Part shown: positions 9,434 to 18,988 of the stretch, piece after piece
Numbering within the stretch: the first letter of the stretch is position 1
Layout: the number at the start of each line of letters is the position of its first letter
Origin: Escherichia coli
Lineage (GTDB): Bacteria > Pseudomonadota > Gammaproteobacteria > Enterobacterales > Enterobacteriaceae
Assembly (NCBI RefSeq): GCF_003334315.1
Contig: NZ_QOWR01000044.1
DNA length: 41,657 nt
Reading direction: 5' to 3' (one strand)
Notes under the pieces: model-generated
Databases searched by the model: none
What the model was told of the DNA's origin: nothing
What the model saw: the letters and a program-made list of their open reading frames with translations, nothing else
Program-made: the position numbers and the translations under genes

Positions 9434-10402
9434 ATGCCTAACATTACCTGGTGCGACCTGCCTGAAGATGTCTCTTTATGGCCGGGTCTGCCTCTTTCAT
9501 TAAGTGGTGATGAAGTGATGCCACTGGATTACCACGCAGGTCGTAGCGGCTGGCTGCTGTATGGTCGTGGGCTGGATAAACAACGCCTGACCCAATACCA
9601 GAGCAAACTGGGCGCGGCGATGGTGATTGTTGCCGCCTGGTGCGTGGAAGATTATCAGGTGATTCGTCTGGCAGGTTCACTCACCGCGCGCGCTACGCGC
9701 CTGGCCCATGAAGCGCAACTGGATGTCGCGCCGCTGGGGAAAATCCCGCACCTGCGCACGCCGGGTTTGCTGGTGATGGACATGGATTCCACCGCCATCC
9801 AGATTGAATGTATTGATGAAATTGCCAAACTGGCCGGAACGGGCGAGATGGTGGCGGAGGTAACCGAACGGGCGATGCGCGGCGAACTCGATTTTACCGC
9901 CAGCCTGCGCAGCCGCGTGGCGACGCTGAAAGGCGCTGATGCCAATATTCTGCAACAGGTGCGTGAAAATCTGCCGCTGATGCCAGGCTTAACGCAGCTG
10001 GTGCTCAAGCTGGAAACGCTGGGCTGGAAAGTGGCGATTGCCTCCGGCGGCTTTACTTTCTTTGCTGAATACCTGCGCGACAAGCTGCGCCTGACCGCCG
10101 TGGTAGCCAATGAACTGGAGATCATGGACGGTAAATTTACCGGCAATGTGATCGGCGACATCGTTGACGCGCAGTACAAAGCGAAAACTCTGACCCGCCT
10201 CGCGCAGGAGTATGAAATCCCGCTGGCGCAGACCGTGGCGATTGGCGATGGAGCCAATGACCTGCCGATGATCAAAGCGGCAGGGCTGGGGATTGCCTAC
10301 CATGCCAAGCCAAAAGTGAATGAAAAGACGGAAGTCACCATCCGTCACGCTGACCTGATGGGGGTATTCTGCATCCTCTCTGGCAGCCTGAATCAGAAGT
10401 AA
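9434..10402 (+). CDS. serB: Phosphoserine phosphatase
   Basis: 322 aa starting MPNITWCDLPEDVSLWPGLPLSL, with the HAD motif MDMDST and GDGANDL. AGGAG lies upstream of the ATG at 9434. The ORF-track start at 9296 is an over-extension. Confidence 0.96.
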   Translation: MPNITWCDLPEDVSLWPGLPLSLSGDEVMPLDYHAGRSGWLLYGRGLDKQRLTQYQSKLGAAMVIVAAWCVEDYQVIRLAGSLTARATRLAHEAQLDVAPLGKIPHLRTPGLLVMDMDSTAIQIECIDEIAKLAGTGEMVAEVTERAMRGELDFTASLRSRVATLKGADANILQQVRENLPLMPGLTQLVLKLETLGWKVAIASGGFTFFAEYLRDKLRLTAVVANELEIMDGKFTGNVIGDIVDAQYKAKTLTRLAQEYEIPLAQTVAIGDGANDLPMIKAAGLGIAYHAKPKVNEKTEVTIRHADLMGVFCILSGSLNQK

Positions 10403-10450
10403 TTGCCTGCCCGTCATCCTGCGGGCGGCACAGCATTAACGAGGTACACC

Positions 10451-11833
10451 GTGGCAAAAGCTCCAAAACGCGCCTTTGTTTGTAATGAATGCGGGGCCGA
10501 TTATCCGCGCTGGCAGGGGCAGTGCAGTGCCTGTCATGCCTGGAACACCATCACCGAGGTGCGTCTTGCTGCGTCGCCAACGGTGGCGCGTAACGAGCGT
10601 CTCAGTGGCTATGCCGGTAGCGCCGGGGTGGCAAAAGTCCAGAAACTCTCCGACATCAGCCTTGAAGAGCTGCCGCGTTTTTCCACCGGATTTAAAGAGT
10701 TCGACCGCGTATTAGGCGGCGGCGTGGTACCGGGAAGTGCCATTCTGATTGGCGGTAACCCAGGCGCGGGGAAATCCACGCTGTTGCTGCAAACGCTGTG
10801 CAAACTGGCCCAGCAGATGAAAACGCTGTATGTCACCGGCGAAGAGTCGCTGCAACAGGTGGCAATGCGCGCTCATCGCCTTGGCCTGCCGACTGACAAT
10901 CTCAATATGTTGTCGGAAACCAGCATCGAGCAGATCTGCCTGATTGCTGAAGAAGAGCAACCGAAGCTGATGGTAATTGACTCCATCCAGGTGATGCATA
11001 TGGCGGATGTACAGTCATCGCCTGGTAGCGTGGCGCAGGTGCGTGAAACGGCGGCTTATTTGACACGCTTCGCCAAAACGCGCGGTGTGGCGATTGTCAT
11101 GGTTGGACACGTAACCAAAGATGGCTCGCTGGCGGGCCCTAAAGTGCTGGAACACTGTATCGACTGTTCGGTGCTTTTGGATGGCGATGCCGACTCCCGT
11201 TTTCGCACCTTGCGCAGCCATAAAAACCGCTTCGGCGCGGTGAATGAGCTGGGCGTCTTCGCGATGACCGAACAGGGGCTGCGTGAAGTCAGCAACCCTT
11301 CGGCAATTTTCTTAAGTCGCGGAGATGAAGTGACCTCCGGCAGCTCCGTGATGGTGGTGTGGGAAGGAACGCGTCCGTTGCTGGTGGAGATTCAGGCGCT
11401 GGTCGATCACTCGATGATGGCGAATCCGCGCCGCGTGGCGGTAGGTCTGGAGCAAAACCGTCTGGCAATCCTGCTGGCTGTCTTGCACCGTCACGGTGGT
11501 CTGCAAATGGCCGATCAGGATGTATTTGTGAACGTGGTCGGTGGTGTGAAGGTAACCGAAACCAGTGCCGACTTAGCGTTACTGCTGGCGATGGTTTCCA
11601 GCCTGCGTGACAGACCGCTACCGCAGGATCTGGTGGTGTTTGGTGAAGTCGGGCTGGCAGGGGAGATCCGCCCGGTGCCCAGCGGTCAGGAGCGAATCTC
11701 TGAAGCGGCGAAACACGGTTTTCGCCGGGCGATTGTTCCGGCGGCTAACGTGCCGAAAAAAGCGCCGGAAGGGATGCAGATTTTTGGCGTTAAAAAACTC
11801 TCCGACGCGCTTAGCGTGTTCGACGACTTATAA
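10451..11833 (+). CDS. radA: DNA repair protein RadA/Sms (GTG start)
   Basis: 460 aa starting (V/M)AKAPKRAFVCNECGADYPRWQGQCSACHAWN (zinc finger). It has Walker A GNPGAGKST, the KNRFG motif and a Lon-like C-terminal domain. GAGG lies upstream of the GTG at 10451. Confidence 0.95.
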   Translation: MAKAPKRAFVCNECGADYPRWQGQCSACHAWNTITEVRLAASPTVARNERLSGYAGSAGVAKVQKLSDISLEELPRFSTGFKEFDRVLGGGVVPGSAILIGGNPGAGKSTLLLQTLCKLAQQMKTLYVTGEESLQQVAMRAHRLGLPTDNLNMLSETSIEQICLIAEEEQPKLMVIDSIQVMHMADVQSSPGSVAQVRETAAYLTRFAKTRGVAIVMVGHVTKDGSLAGPKVLEHCIDCSVLLDGDADSRFRTLRSHKNRFGAVNELGVFAMTEQGLREVSNPSAIFLSRGDEVTSGSSVMVVWEGTRPLLVEIQALVDHSMMANPRRVAVGLEQNRLAILLAVLHRHGGLQMADQDVFVNVVGGVKVTETSADLALLLAMVSSLRDRPLPQDLVVFGEVGLAGEIRPVPSGQERISEAAKHGFRRAIVPAANVPKKAPEGMQIFGVKKLSDALSVFDDL

Positions 11834-11853
11834 TGAGAGATACGGAGGGAGAT

Positions 11854-13086
11854 ATGTCGTCATTTGATTACCTGAAAACTGCCATCAAGCAACAGGGCTG
11901 CACGTTACAGCAGGTAGCTGATGCCAGCGGTATGACCAAAGGGTATTTAAGCCAGTTACTGAATGCCAAAATTAAAAGCCCCAGCGCGCAAAAGCTGGAG
12001 GCGTTGCACCGTTTTTTGGGGCTTGAATTTCCCCGGCAGAAGAAAACCATTGGTGTCGTATTCGGTAAGTTCTACCCGCTGCATACCGGACATATCTACC
12101 TTATCCAGCGCGCCTGTAGCCAGGTTGACGAGCTGCATATCATTATGGGTTTTGACGATACCCGCGACCGCGCGTTGTTTGAAGACAGCGCCATGTCGCA
12201 GCAGCCCACGGTGCCGGATCGTCTGCGCTGGTTATTGCAAACTTTTAAATATCAGAAAAATATTCGCATTCATGCTTTCAACGAAGAGGGCATGGAGCCG
12301 TATCCGCATGGCTGGGATGTGTGGAGCAACGGCATCAAAAAGTTTATGGCTGAAAAGGGGATCCAGCCGGACCTGATCTACACCTCGGAAGAAGCCGATG
12401 CGCCACAGTATATGGAACATCTGGGGATCGAGACGGTACTGGTCGATCCGAAACGTACCTTTATGAGTATCAGCGGTGCGCAGATCCGCGAAAACCCGTT
12501 CCGCTACTGGGAATATATTCCTACGGAAGTGAAGCCGTTCTTTGTGCGTACCGTGGCGATCCTTGGCGGCGAGTCGAGCGGTAAATCCACCCTGGTAAAC
12601 AAACTTGCCAATATCTTCAATACCACCAGTGCGTGGGAATATGGTCGCGATTATGTCTTTTCACACCTCGGCGGTGATGAGATCGCATTGCAGTATTCCG
12701 ACTACGATAAAATCGCGCTGGGCCACGCACAATACATTGATTTTGCAGTGAAATACGCCAATAAAGTGGCGTTTATTGACACTGATTTTGTCACTACCCA
12801 GGCGTTCTGCAAAAAGTACGAAGGGCGTGAGCATCCGTTCGTGCAGGCGTTGATTGATGAATACCGTTTCGATCTGGTGATCCTGCTGGAGAACAACACG
12901 CCGTGGGTGGCGGATGGTTTACGCAGCCTCGGCAGTTCGGTGGATCGCAAAGAGTTCCAGAACTTGCTGGTGGAGATGCTGGAAGAGAACAATATCGAAT
13001 TCGTGCGGGTTGAAGAGGACGATTATGACAGCCGTTTCCTGCGCTGCGTGGAGCTGGTGCGGGAGATGATGGGGGAGCAGAGATAA
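11854..13086 (+). CDS. nadR: Trifunctional NadR: HTH repressor, NMN adenylyltransferase and ribosylnicotinamide kinase
   Basis: 410 aa starting MSSFDYLKTAIKQQGCTLQQVADASGMTKGYLSQLLN (HTH). It has GKFYPLHTGH (HxGH) and Walker A GGESSGKST. GGAGGGAG lies upstream of the ATG at 11854. Confidence 0.96.
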   Translation: MSSFDYLKTAIKQQGCTLQQVADASGMTKGYLSQLLNAKIKSPSAQKLEALHRFLGLEFPRQKKTIGVVFGKFYPLHTGHIYLIQRACSQVDELHIIMGFDDTRDRALFEDSAMSQQPTVPDRLRWLLQTFKYQKNIRIHAFNEEGMEPYPHGWDVWSNGIKKFMAEKGIQPDLIYTSEEADAPQYMEHLGIETVLVDPKRTFMSISGAQIRENPFRYWEYIPTEVKPFFVRTVAILGGESSGKSTLVNKLANIFNTTSAWEYGRDYVFSHLGGDEIALQYSDYDKIALGHAQYIDFAVKYANKVAFIDTDFVTTQAFCKKYEGREHPFVQALIDEYRFDLVILLENNTPWVADGLRSLGSSVDRKEFQNLLVEMLEENNIEFVRVEEDDYDSRFLRCVELVREMMGEQR

Positions 13087-13091
13087 CCGCG

Positions 13092-13232
13092 ATGAAACGG
13101 CTCAAAGGCGAGGTATAAAATAAGTTTTTTGATGAGTTGAAAACCTTTCTGGAAGAGGCTGTCGAGATTAAACAAGGTTTGAAAAAACCTGCACGGGTGA
13201 CCCGCTACGAAATTGCGGATACTAAGGCTGTT
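13092..13232 (+). pseudogene. Possible relic of the N-terminus of an XRE/HigA2-type antitoxin gene, interrupted by a stop and truncated by a REP
   Basis: ATG AAA CGG CTC AAA GGC GAG GTA TAA is followed, in another frame from 13119, by NKFFDELKTFLEEAVEIKQGLKKPARVTRYEIADTKAV. That frame runs straight into the REP at 13233. The pattern FDEL..L.EA....G......R...(I/V)...D.KA(V/I) is typical of the pre-HTH N-terminal segment of such antitoxins. No HTH domain follows. Confidence 0.3.
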
Positions 13233-13383
13233 GTAGGCCGGAAAAGGCGTTCACGCCGTATCCGGCATTCGGTGCTCAATGCCTGATGCGACGCTTACCG
13301 CGTCTTATCAGGCCTGGAGATTCACAACGTATTGAAATTTCTTGGTTTGTAGGCCGGATAAGGCGTTCACGCCGCATCCGGCA
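13233..13383. repeat. BIME cluster (three REP elements) between nadR and ettA
   Basis: REP palindromes at 13233-13267, 13281-13314 and 13349-13383 (GTAGGCCGGA(A/T)AAGGCGTTCACGCCG(T/C)ATCCGGCA and GCCTGATGCGACGCTTACCGCGTCTTATCAGGCC). Confidence 0.9.
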
Positions 13384-13392
13384 TTTTACGCA

Positions 13393-15060
13393 TTACTTCG
13401 CAATACGCTTGTACTTGATACGCTTCGGCTCCAGTGCGTCTGCGCCCAGCGTGCGTTTCTTGTACTCTTCGTACTCAGTAAAGTTACCTTCGAAGAACTC
13501 AACTTTACCTTCATCCTGGTAGTCCAGGATGTGCGTGGCGATACGGTCGAGGAACCAACGGTCGTGCGAGATAACCATCGCACAGCCCGGGAACTCCAGC
13601 AGGGCGTTTTCCAGCGCGCGCAGGGTTTCGATATCCAGGTCGTTGGTTGGTTCGTCGAGCAGCAGCATGTTGCCGCCAACCTGCAGCAGCTTCGCCAGAT
13701 GCAGACGACCGCGCTCACCACCGGAAAGTTCACCAACGCGTTTACCCTGATCAACCCCTTTAAAGTTAAAGCGGCCAACGTAGGCGCGGCTTGGCATCTC
13801 GGTGTTGCCGATCTTCATAATATCCAGCCCGCCGGAAACTTCTTCCCAAACGGTTTTGCTGTTATCCATTGAGTCACGGAACTGATCAACCGATGCCAGT
13901 TTCACCGTTTCACCTAAAGTGATGGTGCCGCTGTCCGGCTGTTCCTGACCAGAGATCATACGGAACAGGGTCGATTTACCCGCGCCGTTCGGACCGATGA
14001 TCCCGACGATTGCCCCTTTCGGGATCGAGAAGCTCAGGTCATCAATCAGCAGGCGATCACCGTAGGATTTACGCAGGTTGCTGACTTCCAGCACTTTATC
14101 GCCCAGACGCGGTCCAGGTGGAATAAACAGTTCGTTGGTTTCGTTACGTTTCTGATATTCGGTGCTGTTCAGCTCTTCAAAGCGTGCCAGACGTGCTTTA
14201 CCTTTCGACTGGCGGCCTTTAGTTCCCTGACGTACCCACTCCAGCTCTTTCTCGATCGACTTACGACGCGCCGCTTCTTGTGAAGCTTCCTGCGCCAGGC
14301 GCTGATCTTTCTGCTCCAGCCAGGAGGAGTAGTTGCCTTCCCACGGAATACCTTCACCGCGGTCAAGTTCGAGGATCCAGCCTGCAACGTTATCGAGGAA
14401 GTAACGGTCGTGGGTAATCGCCACCACGGTGCCCTCGAAGTCGTGCAGGAAGCGTTCCAGCCAGGCCACGGATTCGGCATCCAGGTGGTTGGTCGGTTCG
14501 TCGAGCAGCAGCATGTCTGGTTTTTCCAGCAGCAGGCGGCACAACGCTACGCGACGACGCTCACCACCGGAGAGGTTAGCGATTTTCGCGTCCCAGTCCG
14601 GCAGACGTAGCGCATCCGCCGCACGCTCCAGCTGTACGTTCAGGTTATGACCGTCGTGAGCCTGAATGATCTCTTCCAGACGGCCTTGTTCAGCGGCCAG
14701 CTTGTCAAAATCGGCATCCGGATCGGCGTACAGCGCATACACTTCATCCAGGCGTTTCAGGGCGTTAACCACTTCAGAAACCGCTTCTTCAATGGACTCA
14801 CGCACGGTGTGTTCCGGGTTCAGCTGCGGTTCCTGCGGCAGGTAACCAATCTTGATGTCTGGCTGCGGACGCGCTTCACCTTCGATGTCTTTATCAATGC
14901 CCGCCATAATGCGCAGCAGGGTAGACTTACCCGCGCCGTTCAGACCCAGGACACCAATTTTTGCCCCAGGGAAGAAACTCAGAGAGATGTTTTTCAAAAT
15001 ATGACGTTTCGGCGGAACAACTTTGCCGACACGATGCATGGTATAAACGAATTGAGCCAC
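13393..15060 (-). CDS. ettA: ABC-F translation factor EttA (energy-dependent translational throttle)
   Basis: 555 aa starting MAQFVYTMHRVGKVVPPKRHILKNISLSFFPGAKIGVLGLNGAGKST, with a second Walker A GPNGAGKST and two LSGGER signatures. Recognised as YjjK/EttA. Confidence 0.97.
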   Translation of the reverse strand: MAQFVYTMHRVGKVVPPKRHILKNISLSFFPGAKIGVLGLNGAGKSTLLRIMAGIDKDIEGEARPQPDIKIGYLPQEPQLNPEHTVRESIEEAVSEVVNALKRLDEVYALYADPDADFDKLAAEQGRLEEIIQAHDGHNLNVQLERAADALRLPDWDAKIANLSGGERRRVALCRLLLEKPDMLLLDEPTNHLDAESVAWLERFLHDFEGTVVAITHDRYFLDNVAGWILELDRGEGIPWEGNYSSWLEQKDQRLAQEASQEAARRKSIEKELEWVRQGTKGRQSKGKARLARFEELNSTEYQKRNETNELFIPPGPRLGDKVLEVSNLRKSYGDRLLIDDLSFSIPKGAIVGIIGPNGAGKSTLFRMISGQEQPDSGTITLGETVKLASVDQFRDSMDNSKTVWEEVSGGLDIMKIGNTEMPSRAYVGRFNFKGVDQGKRVGELSGGERGRLHLAKLLQVGGNMLLLDEPTNDLDIETLRALENALLEFPGCAMVISHDRWFLDRIATHILDYQDEGKVEFFEGNFTEYEEYKKRTLGADALEPKRIKYKRIAK

Positions 15061-15270
15061 GTTGGACTTCGCCTCTATGTTTATCGTGATGATGAGTTTT
15101 CAAAGGCGAAGTGTAGCCTTTTTCCCCGCCTAATCCCAGTTGGTCGATCACCTTCGCAGTAAAAGTAAAAAAGTGTCCGTAACGTGGCGTAAACGGCAAT
15201 GACTGGTTAGCATAAATCTATTACGCGGCATGACGCTGCATTGATGTATTTACACTTAGAGGATGCGCTT

Positions 15271-17208
15271 GTGGAAAAAGCCAAACAAGTTACCTGGCGG
15301 CTGTTGGCTGCCGGTGTCTGTCTGCTGACGGTCAGCAGCGTGGCGCGAGCCGACTCACTGGATGAGCAGCGTAGCCGTTACGCGCAAATCAAGCAGGCCT
15401 GGGATAATCGACAAATGGATGTGGTCGAACAAATGATGCCTGGACTGAAGGATTATCCGCTTTATCCCTACCTGGAATACCGCCAGATCACCGATGATCT
15501 GATGAATCAACCGGCGGTGACGGTCACTAACTTTGTTCGCGCTAACCCCACGCTTCCTCCCGCTCGCACGCTGCAATCTCGTTTCGTCAATGAACTGGCG
15601 CGGCGTGAAGACTGGCGTGGCTTGTTAGCCTTTAGCCCGGAAAAGCCCGGAACTACCGAAGCGCAATGTAATTACTACTATGCGAAATGGAACACCGGGC
15701 AGAGTGAAGAAGCCTGGCAAGGGGCGAAAGAGCTGTGGCTAACCGGCAAGAGCCAGCCTAACGCCTGTGACAAGTTATTTAGCGTCTGGCGTGCGTCAGG
15801 TAAACAAGATCCGCTGGCTTATTTAGAGCGTATCCGTCTGGCGATGAAAGCGGGTAACACTGGCCTGGTAACAGTGCTGGCAGGGCAGATGCCTGCCGAT
15901 TACCAGACTATCGCCTCGGCAATCATTTCACTGGCGAACAACCCTAATACGGTACTGACCTTCGCGCGTACAACCGGAGCGACCGATTTTACCCGTCAAA
16001 TGGCGGCGGTGGCGTTTGCCAGTGTGGCGCGGCAGGATGCTGAAAATGCACGGCTGATGATCCCGTCGCTTGCCCAGGCGCAGCAGCTTAATGAAGATCA
16101 GATTCAGGAGCTGCGCGATATCGTCGCCTGGCGTTTGATGGGCAACGATGTCACCGACGAGCAGGCGAAATGGCGCGATGACGCCATTATGCGCTCGCAA
16201 TCCACGTCGTTGATTGAACGCCGTGTGCGAATGGCACTTGGCACCGGCGATCGTCGCGGCCTGAATACCTGGCTGGCGCGTCTGCCGATGGAAGCAAAAG
16301 AGAAAGATGAATGGCGTTACTGGCAGGCGGATTTATTGCTGGAACGCGGACGTGAAGCTGAAGCGAAAGAGATTTTGCATCAACTCATGCAACAGCGTGG
16401 TTTCTACCCGATGGTTGCAGCACAACGCATCGGAGAAGAGTATGAGCTGAAGATTGATAAAGCGCCGCAGAATGTTGACAGCGCCCTGACTCAGGGGCCG
16501 GAGATGGCGCGCGTGCGCGAGTTGATGTACTGGAATCTCGATAACACCGCGCGTAGCGAGTGGGCCAATCTGGTGAAGAGCAAGTCAAAAACAGAGCAGG
16601 CTCAACTGGCTCGGTATGCTTTCAATAACCAATGGTGGGATCTTAGCGTTCAGGCAACGATCGCCGGGAAGCTTTGGGATCATCTGGAAGAGCGATTCCC
16701 GCTGGCTTACAACGATCTTTTCAAACGTTACACCAGTGGGAAAGAGATCCCGCAAAGCTATGCGATGGCGATTGCCCGTCAGGAGAGCGCCTGGAATCCG
16801 AAAGTGAAATCACCGGTAGGGGCCAGCGGCCTGATGCAGATTATGCCTGGTACAGCGACCCATACGGTGAAGATGTTCTCTATTCCTGGTTATAGCAGCC
16901 CTGGGCAATTGCTGGATCCGGAAACGAATATCAACATTGGCACCAGTTACCTGCAATATGTTTATCAGCAGTTTGGCAATAACCGTATTTTCTCCTCAGC
17001 AGCTTATAACGCCGGACCTGGACGGGTGCGAACCTGGCTTGGCAACAGCGCCGGGCGTATCGACGCTGTGGCATTTGTCGAGAGTATTCCGTTCTCCGAG
17101 ACGCGCGGTTATGTGAAGAACGTGCTGGCTTATGACGCTTACTACCGCTATTTCATGGGGGATAAACCGACGTTGATGAGCGCCACGGAATGGGGACGTC
17201 GTTACTGA
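15271..17208 (+). CDS. slt: Soluble lytic murein transglycosylase Slt70 (GTG start)
   Basis: 645 aa starting (V/M)EKAKQVTWRLLAAGVCLLTVSSVARA (signal peptide), with catalytic region AIARQESAWNP. The ORF-track start at 15241 is an over-extension. Confidence 0.95.
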   Translation: MEKAKQVTWRLLAAGVCLLTVSSVARADSLDEQRSRYAQIKQAWDNRQMDVVEQMMPGLKDYPLYPYLEYRQITDDLMNQPAVTVTNFVRANPTLPPARTLQSRFVNELARREDWRGLLAFSPEKPGTTEAQCNYYYAKWNTGQSEEAWQGAKELWLTGKSQPNACDKLFSVWRASGKQDPLAYLERIRLAMKAGNTGLVTVLAGQMPADYQTIASAIISLANNPNTVLTFARTTGATDFTRQMAAVAFASVARQDAENARLMIPSLAQAQQLNEDQIQELRDIVAWRLMGNDVTDEQAKWRDDAIMRSQSTSLIERRVRMALGTGDRRGLNTWLARLPMEAKEKDEWRYWQADLLLERGREAEAKEILHQLMQQRGFYPMVAAQRIGEEYELKIDKAPQNVDSALTQGPEMARVRELMYWNLDNTARSEWANLVKSKSKTEQAQLARYAFNNQWWDLSVQATIAGKLWDHLEERFPLAYNDLFKRYTSGKEIPQSYAMAIARQESAWNPKVKSPVGASGLMQIMPGTATHTVKMFSIPGYSSPGQLLDPETNINIGTSYLQYVYQQFGNNRIFSSAAYNAGPGRVRTWLGNSAGRIDAVAFVESIPFSETRGYVKNVLAYDAYYRYFMGDKPTLMSATEWGRRY

Positions 17209-17232
17209 TCCGCACGTTTATGATATGCTATC

Positions 17233-17250
17233 GTACTCTTTAGCGAGTAC
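17233..17250 (+). promoter_or_regulatory. TrpR operator in the trpR promoter (autoregulation)
   Basis: GTACTCTTTAGCGAGTAC, i.e. the palindromic arms GTACTC and GAGTAC, about 50 bp upstream of the trpR ATG. It matches the known trpR operator. Confidence 0.85.
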
Positions 17251-17282
17251 AACCGGGGGAGGCATTTTGCTTCCCCCGCTAA

Positions 17283-17624
<342 letters not shown>

Positions 17625-17628
17625 TTTT

Positions 17629-17774
17629 GTAGGCCTGATAAGACGCGGCAGCGTCGCATCAGGCATCGTGCACCGAATGCCGGATGCGGCGTGAACGCCT
17701 TATCCGTCCTACAAATACCCGTAATTTCAATATGTTTGGTAGGCATGATAAGACGCGGCAGCGTCGCATCAGGC
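17629..17774. repeat. BIME cluster (three REP elements) between trpR and yjjX
   Basis: REPs at 17629-17664, 17678-17712 and 17739-17774. The first and third are near-identical (GTAGGC(C/A)TGATAAGACGCGGCAGCGTCGCATCAGGC). Confidence 0.9.
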
Positions 17775-17776
17775 GC

Positions 17777-18301
<525 letters not shown>

Positions 18302-18340
18302 TCAGAAAATTAACGTTACAGCAGTATACGGAAAAAAAGC

Positions 18341-18988
18341 ATGTTACAGGTATACCTAGTCCGCCACGGTGAAACGCAGTGGAACGCCGAGCGACGTATT
18401 CAGGGCCAGTCTGACAGCCCGCTGACCGCCAAAGGTGAGCAACAGGCGATGCAGGTGGCAACCCGTGCCAAAGAGCTTGGCATTACGCATATTATCAGTA
18501 GCGATTTAGGACGCACCCGGCGTACGGCGGAAATCATCGCCCAGGCCTGCGGCTGTGACATCATCTTTGATTCTCGCCTGCGTGAATTAAACATGGGTGT
18601 GCTGGAAAAAAGACATATCGATTCTCTGACCGAAGAAGAAGAGAACTGGCGTCGGCAGCTGGTCAATGGCACCGTTGACGGGCGTATTCCTGAAGGCGAG
18701 TCAATGCAGGAGCTCAGCGATCGCGTCAATGCGGCACTGGAATCTTGCCGGGACTTACCGCAGGGAAGCCGACCGCTGCTGGTGAGCCATGGTATTGCAC
18801 TGGGATGTCTGGTGAGTACGATTCTCGGATTACCAGCATGGGCAGAGCGCCGCTTACGTCTGCGTAACTGTTCTATTTCGCGCGTGGATTATCAGGAAAG
18901 CCTGTGGCTGGCGTCTGGCTGGGTCGTTGAAACCGCAGGGGACATCTCGCATCTGGACGCCCCTGCATTAGATGAGCTGCAGCGTTAA
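18341..18988 (+). CDS. gpmB: Histidine-phosphatase superfamily protein (probable phosphoglycerate mutase GpmB)
   Basis: 215 aa starting MLQVYLVRHGETQWNAERRIQGQSDSPLT (RHG motif). Recognised as YtjC/GpmB. Confidence 0.95.
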   Translation: MLQVYLVRHGETQWNAERRIQGQSDSPLTAKGEQQAMQVATRAKELGITHIISSDLGRTRRTAEIIAQACGCDIIFDSRLRELNMGVLEKRHIDSLTEEEENWRRQLVNGTVDGRIPEGESMQELSDRVNAALESCRDLPQGSRPLLVSHGIALGCLVSTILGLPAWAERRLRLRNCSISRVDYQESLWLASGWVVETAGDISHLDAPALDELQR

